A stretch of DNA of 63,448 nucleotides, filler included, from Chrysochromulina tobinii (taxonomy: Eukaryota): assembly GCA_001275005.1 (NCBI GenBank). It is 9 parts of 9 records of this genome, joined end to end, with 100 filler letters (N's around TTAATTAATTAA, not from the genome) between each part and the next. Parts side by side here need not be neighbours in the genome. Positions count along the whole stretch, not along the records: positions 1 to 16,979 come from JWZX01000726.1; positions 17,080 to 25,240 come from JWZX01000727.1; 7 more parts are not named here. The stretch is one strand, 5' to 3'. The position numbers and the translations under genes were made by a program. The notes under the pieces are model-generated. The model searched no databases, was not told the origin of the DNA, and worked only from the letters and a program-made list of their open reading frames with translations. Below, one piece after another: positions 13,065 to 22,351 of the stretch (the first letter of the stretch is position 1; each line of letters begins with the position of its first letter).

Positions 13065-13665
13065 GTGAAAATTGGATCAAAAACATGAAAAGTTTTGCGA
13101 GTTGCTCGCCAGGCTCGGCCCCGCGTCCGTCGTGGCACCTTTATCGAGGTTTTGTGATGAGGCTTTGTTTGTTTGGAGCGCCCTGTTTTAATCGGGAAAC
13201 GCGGGCTCGCGGCCTCGCCGCTCGGGCCTCGGCCCGTCGGCCGGCCGCTCATGGCACATGGCTTCATGGGTCATGCTCAACATGGTGCGACATACACTGT
13301 CGTGATTGTACAGGTGTGAGAATAAATTATCCAAAGATGAACGTACGGACACCGAATTACGAACACAGGAAGTGCTAACCCTAACACAAACTTATTCGCG
13401 CAATGTCCAAAGTGTCCGACAGGGCCGGTTTCAACCGACGGGTTCAACCGTCGCAGCCGGACCGGGCGGGGGGGCACGCCGCAACAACCGTCAACCCATC
13501 ATGCATCAATACAAGTTTGAGCGTACGGATCGTCCTCGGCAGTGAATGCTGCAGACGATGTGAATGCACTAAGATGGTTCGACCCGCCCGGGGGTGTGGC
13601 GAGCAGATCAACCCCCTCTTTTCCCCATGCCCATGGCCAGCAGGCACGTGCCGTCATCGCGTTGC

Positions 13666-14897
13666 CTACTGTTGCGATCCGGACACCGGCGGCGGCGCCG
13701 GCGGCGGCGGCGCAGGTGGCGCCGCCGACGGCTGCTGCGACGACGATCCCTGCTGCGCCTGCGTCTGGCCCGAGTTTTTGAGCGTCCAGTCGAAGTTGTG
13801 GTCGTATGCGAATCCCTCGCGGAAGAAGAGGTCCTTGAACATCTGGCGCAGGTACGAGTAGTCGGGCTTGTCGGCGAACTCGAGCGAGCGGCAGTAGTTG
13901 AGGTACGTTGCGAACTCGGACGGGTACGAGCGGCACAGCGCCTCGACGGGCGTCGACATCTTCTTCTCGGAGATCATGTCGTACTTCTGCTTCTTGGTCG
14001 CGGCCTTGAGGCCCTGCCACGGAAGCGAGCCTCGCAGGAAGTACATGAGCACGTAGCCGAGTGCCTCCAGGTCGTCTCTGCGGCTCTGCTCGATGCCCAG
14101 GTGTGTGTTGATCGACGCGTAGCGAGCTGTGCCCGTGAGGTTCTTGTTCTCGCGGTACGGGATGTGCTGGTGCGTCTTCGGGTCGCGGTACTTTTTGGCG
14201 AGGCCGAAGTCGATGAAGTGGATCAAGTTGGCCTTGCGGCCCAAGCCAATGAGGAAGTTGTCGGGCTTGATGTCGCGGTGAATAAACGACTTGTAGTGGA
14301 TGTATTCGATGCGCTGCAGCAGCTGGTCAGCCATCATCAGGATCGTCTTCAGGTTGAACCTCCTGCGGCCACACACGCACACGGCACAAAAAAGGATCAG
14401 CGCAGTGCATGGCAAGGGGGGGGGCGACACGCAGCCCCTTCAGAAGGCCGGCCATGCGAGTGAGTGGGGACAGCTCTCCCCCCGCCGATCCGGCGCCCAG
14501 GGGTGGCGGCGCGGATCAACGCGCGAGTCCGATGGCGCCCAGCTATGGAGCAGCGGTGCGCCAGCGCCTTTTGAAGTGGCGGAGAGGCAGCGTGCCTGTC
14601 ACAGAAGTTGAACAGATCCTCGAGGGACGGACCGAGCAGGTCCATCACCATCACGTTGTAGTCGCCCTCCACGGTGAACGAGCGGACGGTGGGGATGCCC
14701 ACGCCGCCGCCCAGGATCTTGTACAGCTTCGACTCGTACAGCAGCTGCGGGTGCTTGCTCTTGATCGACTCGAGCTTGATGGCCACCTCCTCTCCCGTTG
14801 AGATGTGAGTGCCAAGGTAAATGTCTCCGAACGAGCCGGATCCAATCTTCCGCCCGAGGCGGTACTTATTGGCCACCCGAATCTCCATGGTTGCCAT
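13666..14897 (-). CDS. CK1: Casein kinase I (delta/epsilon type); 2 exons
   Basis: [44 protein letters not shown] and [12 protein letters not shown] intron at 14595-14363 joins FNFCD-R-RFNLKT. Confidence 0.96.
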
Positions 14898-15231
14898 CGC
14901 GTGCGGGGCGCCTTGGTCCTTCCGCTGGCTCCCTCGAAAGACCCACAATGATGACTGATTGCGCCGCAATTTGTGCTGCTGCTGTTCAACACAACGCGCA
15001 CAACCTCCGGACCCCCGAGCACGAGGGCCTCTATCGCTATGGACGGAGGTGTGGCCGACACAACCTGCTATTACACAGGCCGTTAATCGGCGGCATGGGG
15101 GGAGGCGCAGCCTCCCCCTCTAGAGTAAACCGCAATTTGTGCTGATGCTGCTCAACACAACGCGCAACGACCCCCAGCACGAGGCAATTTGTACCGTACA
15201 TGAACTTGAAATCATGTGTCTTCATCAGACC

Positions 15232-16827
15232 CTAGTCTCCCGAACGAGATGTCGAGATCTCGCGAGCCTCGTTCGGACAACGGTCATTTTGCTCCCCTAG
15301 CTGCATTTCGAGCGCCTCCATAATGTTGACGCGGTCGCTCATAAAGGTCCATGTGGTCGCCAACTTGACTGCTTTCTTCTCTGACTCTGTCATTCCAGCG
15401 GCTCCTCGCAGCAGCACCAGTGCGAGGCCCGCCGCTCCAGCGAGGGCACGGGTCGCAGGCGGACAGAGGAGTGCGGCAGTGGAGGCGACCGCAGCGGCGG
15501 CTGTACCAGCTGGGCTCGCGTCCGTCGTTGCGATCGCCTCGACGAGCATGGGTGGAAGCGTCTTGCTCGAAGGGTCCACGAGGCAGGGCATGTCGTCGCG
15601 CAACCACTCGAAGCTGCAGCCGTAGCGCGCGCAGCTCCGGCGGAGTGCGCACATCGCCGCGTGATCCAGCTCACGCTGACGGCCTCGGCCACGGCCAGCG
15701 CCACAGAAAGTGCCCTCGGAGGCGCCTTCTCGTGGCGCGCCGTCTCGAGCGTTGCTGGCGTTCGGCGACCTCTCCCTCTCCACCTCGAGCAGCTGCTCGA
15801 CAAGTCGCATGGCCACGAGGGCGGCGTCGGCGAGGAGCTCCGCCGCCGGCAGCGCAGTCTGCCGACGGTCCCGCCGCGCCACGTCCTCGTGTGCCCTCCG
15901 AATCAATTCACAGCAACAAGCCTGCAGCTGCGCCGCTAGACGTACCGTTCGGTCGTCGCGATTGGGGGTCGACTTCCGCCCGCTGAGCCGTGCGCCAAAG
16001 TAGGCGGCGATGATGGGCGCCGTGATCTCCAGCATACCCAGCGGCGACTGTGCGAGGCTCGTGCGTGGCTCGAGACTACCTAGGAGCTGAGCGCCTTGCT
16101 CGAGGACCTCGTCGACCTCAGCGCTTGCACACGCGAGCTTGAACGCAGCGACCTCGAGGCCCATGGCGCTGAGAGCGTGGCCCGGTGGCCAGCGGAGCGC
16201 TTTCAGGGAGGCGCATGGTGCGGCGGCCTCGTCCGCGCAGCGTGCGCACGCGCACGTGAAGGGCAAATGCGCCGACCGAACATCTCGTGGCTGTACCAAC
16301 AGCCGAGGCGGCAGGTACGAGTGTCGAAGCTCTGTACCGGCCGGGATGGTGTCAGCTGCGAACATGACCATGTTACCGCCGACACGTATAGAGGTGCAGT
16401 TGGGTCGACAACTGTGGTTGAAGCGGCAGGCCGTCTCGTAAAACGCCGCACCGTACTCGACGCTGAGCAGTGCCGTCTCGAGACAAAAGGCGTTGCTGCG
16501 CACGACGGCGAACAAGAGAGCGATTTCTTCAACAGACTTGCCGTGGTATGAACACAGCCAGGCAGCAGCTTCCTCGTCGTCGCGATCGCCAGCTGCGGTG
16601 CGTGCGTCGGCGCAGAAGCCCGCCGCCCAGTCTCGGCCGTACTTTTGGACAAGAAGTGCGTGCACCAAGAACCACTCCGCTGAGGAAGATGGAATGTCGG
16701 GCGCCGGAGAACGGGTGGAGACGAGCGGCGCCTCCAGGAGAATGAGCTCGCCATACGAGATGCGGCGAGAGGCGACGACGTGCGTCCCGAGCGTAGGCGA
16801 GCGACGAATCTGGTACAAGGGTGCCAT
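15232..16827 (-). CDS. SET-domain (SMYD-like) lysine methyltransferase
   Basis: GTHVVASRRISYGELIL, RFNHSCRPNC, ELRHSYL and post-SET FTCACARC. Confidence 0.85.
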   Translation of the reverse strand: MAPLYQIRRSPTLGTHVVASRRISYGELILLEAPLVSTRSPAPDIPSSSAEWFLVHALLVQKYGRDWAAGFCADARTAAGDRDDEEAAAWLCSYHGKSVEEIALLFAVVRSNAFCLETALLSVEYGAAFYETACRFNHSCRPNCTSIRVGGNMVMFAADTIPAGTELRHSYLPPRLLVQPRDVRSAHLPFTCACARCADEAAAPCASLKALRWPPGHALSAMGLEVAAFKLACASAEVDEVLEQGAQLLGSLEPRTSLAQSPLGMLEITAPIIAAYFGARLSGRKSTPNRDDRTVRLAAQLQACCCELIRRAHEDVARRDRRQTALPAAELLADAALVAMRLVEQLLEVERERSPNASNARDGAPREGASEGTFCGAGRGRGRQRELDHAAMCALRRSCARYGCSFEWLRDDMPCLVDPSSKTLPPMLVEAIATTDASPAGTAAAAVASTAALLCPPATRALAGAAGLALVLLRGAAGMTESEKKAVKLATTWTFMSDRVNIMEALEMQLGEQNDRCPNEAREISTSRSGD

Positions 16828-16911
16828 ATGCTCTTCCCAACTCTCTTCCCAGTGTCTCCAGTCTCTTCACAACACGTAAACGATACGACGTTCCATAGAT
16901 CCCGAGTGAGA

Positions 16912-16979
16912 GGGTCCCGCCCTGGACCCTCTGGGGGTCCGGCTGGACCCCTGGACCCTCTGGACCCTCCTCTGGACCC
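16912..16979. repeat. Short CTGGACCC(T) repeats at the contig end, possibly TE subterminal repeats
   Basis: About 5 copies of CTGGACCC plus inverted GGGTCC immediately before the linker. Confidence 0.5.
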
Positions 16980-17079
16980 NNNNNNNNNNNNNNNNNNNNN
17001 NNNNNNNNNNNNNNNNNNNNNNNTTAATTAATTAANNNNNNNNNNNNNNNNNNNNNNNNNNNNNNNNNNNNNNNNNNNN
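16980..17079. other. Artificial contig linker (N + TTAATTAATTAA + N). Identical linkers at 25241-25340, 30727-30826, 51060-51159, 53766-53865, 56470-56569, 58767-58866 and 60887-60986
   Basis: Exactly 100 bp each, with a six-frame stop cassette in the centre. Confidence 0.99.
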
Positions 17080-18659
17080 CTCAGAAGGGCAACATCAAGA
17101 ACAACGGGCTGCAGGAGGTGCGTGTCTTGTCGACGCACTCACTCGCAGACTACTTGAGCTCAGTGATGGCCTCGCCACCGAGCTGCGATTCGAATGTGGG
17201 CGCCATCCCAAATGCGACTGGCGTCTCGGTGCTGCAGCGCTTCATTGTGCCACCCACCTCGCGCGCGTCGGTCAGCCGCGCGCTGTACCGGGCGGGGCGG
17301 CCGTTTCGCGCGTTCACGATGCAGTCGGCGCACCTCATCCCGCGCCCGTTCCCCTCTGGCAAGGCTCTCGATGCCCTCAACGGGCCGATCGTCATGGGCG
17401 AGGTGCTCACCGCGAGCACCGCGCAGCCGAATGCCGTGGCCGGGCTGCAGCCCATCAAGGGCGACGACTGGCGAGACATTTCTGATTCGATGGAGCGGTT
17501 GATGGGCGCCATCCTGCGCGCGACCGGCTGGTGCTTCGAGGAGCTGGTGCTCGAGCGGCCGCTGAACCTAATATGGGCCCCTCGCCTTGCATGCACGTGC
17601 TCAGCACGGCGCGCCCCTTCCCCTTCCCCACAGGTGCTTGAGCTCATCCGGATCCCTCGCGAGCCTTCAGCCCCGTGGTTCATGACCCAAGTCAAGGCGT
17701 TCAAGGCCGAGAAGGACGAGCGTGCCCAAGCGGAAGCGATGCTCGGCGTGCCGCCGACGGTGCGACCCAAATTTGGCAGCCTGCCGCCGCCGTTTTTCGC
17801 CAGGCGCTTCCCGGCGCCCGCGAAGAATGACTGGCGGCCTCTCGAGACCTACTGTGTGGGCGACCATTGCGTGCCCGACGGGCCCGCGATGGCTCGCGAG
17901 GGGTTCGTAGCCTCGCGAAAGCTTCCATACCGATGGATCGTCTTCGATCGGCTCGATGCCTCGATTCATCGGAAGGTCGAGTCGAGCATGGTACGCCTCT
18001 GATGGCCTCTGATGGCCTCTGATGGCCTCTGATGACCGCTGATGGCCTCTGATGGCCTCTGATGACCTCTGATGGCCTCTGATGATGATGATGACCTCTG
18101 ATGACCTCTGATTGCCCCCCTCATCAGGTGCTCGACTCGCTCGAGTTGGGAGACTCCTCTCAGCTCGAAGCGCTCGCACAGCTGGTCAAGGACGACCAGC
18201 CGGGCGCCTCCCTCGCAAAAGGGCACATCGCCCGAAACACGATCGCGTCCGACTCGCGCGTGTTCAAGCTTCGGCAGCTGTACACGCCCGGCTCGATCAG
18301 CGTGGGTCGCCCTCTCATTTGCTTCTCGGCGCCGCGGCTGTATGACGAGGTGCCCGTCTGCCACGCGTGCCACGCCTTGCATGCATGTGCTCACCACGGC
18401 GCCCTCGCCTCTTCCCCACAGGTGCCCGTCTGCCACGCGTGCTACGCCTTCTATCTCGCCAGGGGCGAGGGGTGGAAGAAGCATCCAAAGGTGCTCATCT
18501 CGGTCGCCTCCACGCCTTGCATGCATGTGCTCACCACGGCGCCCTCGCCCCTTCCCCACAGGTGCTCATCTCGGTCGCCTCCACGCCTGCACTTGGGCTG
18601 ATTGGGCAGCCACTTGACGAGCTGCCCTCCGAGTGCCTCTCGGAAGCGCAGCGCCGCCC

Positions 18660-18692
<33 letters not shown>

Positions 18693-19574
18693 GTCCGCGC
18701 GGCAGCAGCCGACGACGCCAGGGCAAGTGGCGCACTCGCCTCACGCGCTGGCGGCTGCACCCTCAGCGCACAGCGTCGTCCCGGGCACCTCCGCGAGCAG
18801 CGTGGCGCCGTCGTCGGGCGGCCTCGCCGGCCTCGTGACTGCCGCCGAGACGACGCTCGGAACGACGCCCACCAGGACCGCCTCGGCGCCCAAGACCACG
18901 CCCATGCGCATCGCCTCGGTGCCCAAGACGGCGCCCAAGACGGAGTCGAGGTCGGGCGCCGTACCGGGCACGTGCTCAAGCGCAGGCGCGCACACCCCTT
19001 CGAGCGCGAACAAGTTTGCGCACCTGACCGACCAAAAGGGCACGGTGGCTGCTGCCGGTGGTCCTCAAGGGGGTCTCGTCGGAAAGTCGCACTCGCTCGA
19101 GCTGCTGCATAAGTGCCATCAGAGCATCCAGAGCTTCGGCACCGACTCGCCGTTTGCGATGGCGTCGCGCTATCACATGCTGAAGCACTGCCTGCAGTGC
19201 AACATCCTATGCAAGGCATGCGTGGTGGAGCCCGAAGAGTTGGAGGCGCCTTGCATGCATGTGCTCACCACGGCGCCCTCGCCTCTTCCCCACAGGCATG
19301 CGTGGTGGAGCCCGAGGAGTTGGAGGCGCAACGTCGGAAGGAGAAGGCCGAGGCGGAGGCCAAGGCGGCCAAAAGTCGAAGGGGTGGCCCGGGCGATCGG
19401 AAGCCCAACAGGCCGCCTTCGCCCGACAAGGAGAGCAGAGAGTACCAGGCGCGTCAACGGAAGCTGATGCTCTCCATCGAGGCGGGGAATGAGATCGCCG
19501 GCGCTGCGGCCGCGCCGCCCTTGGCTGCCGCGGCCGTGGCTGGTGCAGTCGAACCCGACGAGACACTACGGTGA
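17080..19574 (+). CDS. 5'-truncated multi-exon gene of unknown function with CxxC motifs. Introns at 17547-17633, 17991-18127, 18350-18421, 18491-18561 and 19216-19295
   Basis: Removing the five phase-0 introns gives one continuous frame (…WCFEEL|VLELIR…ESSM|VLDSL…LYDE|VPVCHAC…HPK|VLISV…ILCK|ACVVEP…TLR*). Confidence 0.7.
17547..19295 (+). mobile_element. Introner-like repeated intron family, 4 copies (17547-17633, 18350-18421, 18491-18561, 19216-19295)
   Basis: Shared 3' core CGCCTTGCATGCATGTGCTCACCACGGCGCCCTCGCCYCTTCCCCACAG (more diverged in the first copy). The 5' part of each intron duplicates the start of the following exon. Confidence 0.85.
17991..18127 (+). repeat. GT-AG intron made almost entirely of a (CCTCTGATGG) decamer minisatellite
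   Basis: GTACG followed by ~10 copies of CCTCTGATG(G/A), ending CCCCCCTCATCAG. Confidence 0.85.
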
Positions 19575-19746
19575 CGGTGTCATGGACGGTGTCCAACAGT
19601 CCAAGCTTTTTGAAGTTCCCCCCCCGGTGAGTCTGAGTGCGGACTGTGTGGTGTGTGGGCGAAGCTTCGCAACCGAAACGTTCGAACCGCTTTATCTAAA
19701 ACTTACTTGACTTTACTTGACGTAAACTTGACGTGGCCCAGTCTAC

Positions 19747-21741
19747 CTATGCGGCTCGAAAGCGCCCCCGGGACCACCTCCTAAAACGAGTCGGCTGACC
19801 CCGCTGGGCAGCGCTCAGATCGAAAGACATCTTGAAGAACAGGTAGGCGACAAAGTCGCTGTCGCCCTTGTCCGTGAACTCAATCGCGGGGTCGTCCATC
19901 ATCTTCTGGTACTCGTCCACGTTTTGTGGCCAAGCCCGAGCGTGGAGGACGCGCTGCACGTCAGGATCGTCCAAGTTGGCGATGATTCCCGCCTTGAGCG
20001 CACACGAGAATTCGGCGGCGCACCAGCCGCGATTTTCGTAGGGCACGGCGTTGATCCAACCCCACAGGTCAGACTTCTCGCAGGCGCGATTCTTGACCTC
20101 GCTGAACTCGGGAACTGGCGCGCTTTGTGAACCCAACACTGCTGGGAAGTCCTGCCAGCGTTCGAGCTGAGGCAGGACGATGACTTTAACTCCACCGAAG
20201 GCGAACATGCGCGACATCTCGAAGAGCGCCGTGCGGAAGCATTTGCTCTCGCCTGGCGTCCGATCGCGCTGCGGCGGAAGGCCAAGGCGAGTTCCGAAGC
20301 GGGGATTCTGGAAGAGGCTGGCATAGTCGAGAAAGACCGCATCGTCGTCATCCGCGTGTGCTGTTTTGAGTGCTTGTGCGAGTCGGTGGATGCGCTTGCT
20401 GCTCGGCGTGGGGTGGTTTTCACAGGCCCAGCCATGGCTCACAGCAAAGCGGCGCCGATTCTCTGGCGGCATGCCCTCATAAAAGCTGCCGCGAGGCAGC
20501 TCCTGGCGCCGCGGGAAGAGAAGCACCTCATTCTGTGCCCGTCGCTGGTGCGCCGACACGAAGCGTCGGATGAAGCCAACCTTGATCCAACCGATACGTG
20601 ATTGGATGCAGAAGGCGCGGAAGCCGCTGTCGTCTTTTCGCACTGGCACCATGCGCGCCAATGAGCGTGTCAGCCCCGGAATGATGATCCCCTCGAGATC
20701 ACTCTCATTGGTGATGCGGAGCTTGCCGGAACGGTGACCCTCACGCAGTCGCTGCACTGGATTCATGAGCGCTGAAGCCGAGAAGTGCTCCTTCACTGCA
20801 GGGTCAGAGGCGTTGACAATCCGCTGACAAAACGCTGCCAGCATGAGCTCTGCGGTGACCCACACACTCTCGTGTATGGCTCTGCCGCTATGCTCTGCTG
20901 GCAACGACCGCTCTGGCTTCCTGTGCAGCACCACCGTACGCAGCCCCGAATACGTTACGCTCCAAAAGGTTCGACTGCTTCCTTCCTCAAAGGCCCTTGA
21001 GCGCCGCTCCTGCTCGACAGTCAGGTCGGTCCAGCACGGCCGTCCATCACTCTCGGTCGTCTGACGTAGACGCGAGTCTGTGCATGGACCATTGGAATTG
21101 AATTCAGTACGGCTCCCATCGCCAGCTGCTGTGTAGTGACGTTGTGGCCGCGCGCAAAACTCCATCAGGACCAGATCAGAGTCATGTGCTTTTTCGAGGT
21201 GCTCGACAAGGTCCGCCAGATGATCACCCCACGGGTCCGGGTGCTCTTCTGTCACCGAGAGGTAGATGACGTTGTAGATCTCCACGCCCGATGGTGGCGC
21301 GCCGGCGTGATAGGCGTGCCGTGGGATCCATTGCGCTGCCGGAAGAATCTTGCCCTCCTTACGAAGCGTGCGCAAGTACCCAAGAAGAATGAATTGGAGC
21401 TGCGCTTCATCTGCCCATTCGTTGAACCCTGCATCGTCCCAACGAGGGTCGGGCCCGTCAGCACCAAACGCATCGGCTGCCGAGGCAGTCGACGGCAGCG
21501 GCGGAGGGGGCGGCTGCTCCTTTTTGGTGGCCACCCTTGCCGCATCCACCATCCCCGCATCCGCCTCCCGACGTAGCCGCGCGTTGAGCTCCACCAAATA
21601 CGGTGGGTCATTGGGTTCGCAACTAGGGACGGTGTTGGTCTTCGCGGTCATCCACTTTATGAACATCTCCATCGCGAAGAGGCCTCCAAAAAGGTCAAGT
21701 TCTGAAACGGCGCCTGGACGGAAGTAAAAAACGTTAGCCAA
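19747..21741 (-). CDS. Tandem HET-like (TIR-related) domain protein, paralog 1; start uncertain
   Basis: The C-terminal domain has AVSHGW..HPTP, VFLDYASLFQ, RTPGE..FRTALFEMSRMF and PYENRGWCAAE. The N-terminal half is a degenerate copy (HPDPWG, VLMEFCARPQ, ESVWVTAE). Confidence 0.7.
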   Translation of the reverse strand: MANVFYFRPGAVSELDLFGGLFAMEMFIKWMTAKTNTVPSCEPNDPPYLVELNARLRREADAGMVDAARVATKKEQPPPPPLPSTASAADAFGADGPDPRWDDAGFNEWADEAQLQFILLGYLRTLRKEGKILPAAQWIPRHAYHAGAPPSGVEIYNVIYLSVTEEHPDPWGDHLADLVEHLEKAHDSDLVLMEFCARPQRHYTAAGDGSRTEFNSNGPCTDSRLRQTTESDGRPCWTDLTVEQERRSRAFEEGSSRTFWSVTYSGLRTVVLHRKPERSLPAEHSGRAIHESVWVTAELMLAAFCQRIVNASDPAVKEHFSASALMNPVQRLREGHRSGKLRITNESDLEGIIIPGLTRSLARMVPVRKDDSGFRAFCIQSRIGWIKVGFIRRFVSAHQRRAQNEVLLFPRRQELPRGSFYEGMPPENRRRFAVSHGWACENHPTPSSKRIHRLAQALKTAHADDDDAVFLDYASLFQNPRFGTRLGLPPQRDRTPGESKCFRTALFEMSRMFAFGGVKVIVLPQLERWQDFPAVLGSQSAPVPEFSEVKNRACEKSDLWGWINAVPYENRGWCAAEFSCALKAGIIANLDDPDVQRVLHARAWPQNVDEYQKMMDDPAIEFTDKGDSDFVAYLFFKMSFDLSAAQRGQPTRFRRWSRGRFRAA

Positions 21742-21822
21742 CAGCCTCTTCTGTCAAAAATGGAACAATAGTGGATCGGTTGCGGAAATCCCCGACTCGG
21801 TTGGAGCGAGCAGGCGGACCGT

Positions 21823-21903
21823 AAGCAAGCAAGCTAGTTAGTCGAAACAACACAAGTACCTAAACGAGCGCAATCGAGTACTTGCTTGCTTGCTTGCTTG
21901 CTT
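21823..21903. mobile_element. 81-bp micro-insertion with (AAGC)n/(GCTT)n inverted ends and a 9-bp target-site duplication
   Basis: GCGGACCGT flanks it directly at 21814-21822 and 21904-21912. A related sequence lies at 32021-32055. Confidence 0.65.
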
Positions 21904-22351
21904 GCGGACCGTCTCTATAACCAGACCGGAACCTGGTAGGAGAGAAGGAGAGAAGGAGAGACTTTAGGAGACCCTCCGGACCTCTCAGCTCAACACGAGA
22001 GATAGAGGTGTCTCAGTCTGATCTCAGTGCCTTTCTCGCTCACGCTAGAGCTGCTGCGTGCCGTGCGGTCTGTAGACTGTACGCCGCGTAAGGGCTAAAA
22101 AAGGGGCTAAGGGCTCGACACGTCATAACTCATATATCCCCCCCCGGCCCCGCATCAAGTATACACACGTCAAGCCAGAGGCATAGATTCATCCCCGTCG
22201 AGATGCCCCGTGCCCCCCACGCCCCACCAAGCATACACAAGGCAACCTCCTCTCTCAGTATGGCAACTAGAACTACAGGTTCTCCATTTACTGGATGGAT
22301 GTTTCTCGATCAGTTCTTTTTCAGGGGAACGGCAAAACTTGTTCTTGAAGA

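Noticed and set aside
13375..13386. CTAACCCTAAC telomere-like seed (also TGAGGG at 46264)
   Set aside because: Two units or fewer, which is expected by chance.
17024..17035. TTAATTAATTAA palindrome as a biological motif or piggyBac site
   Set aside because: It is an assembly linker repeated identically within N runs.
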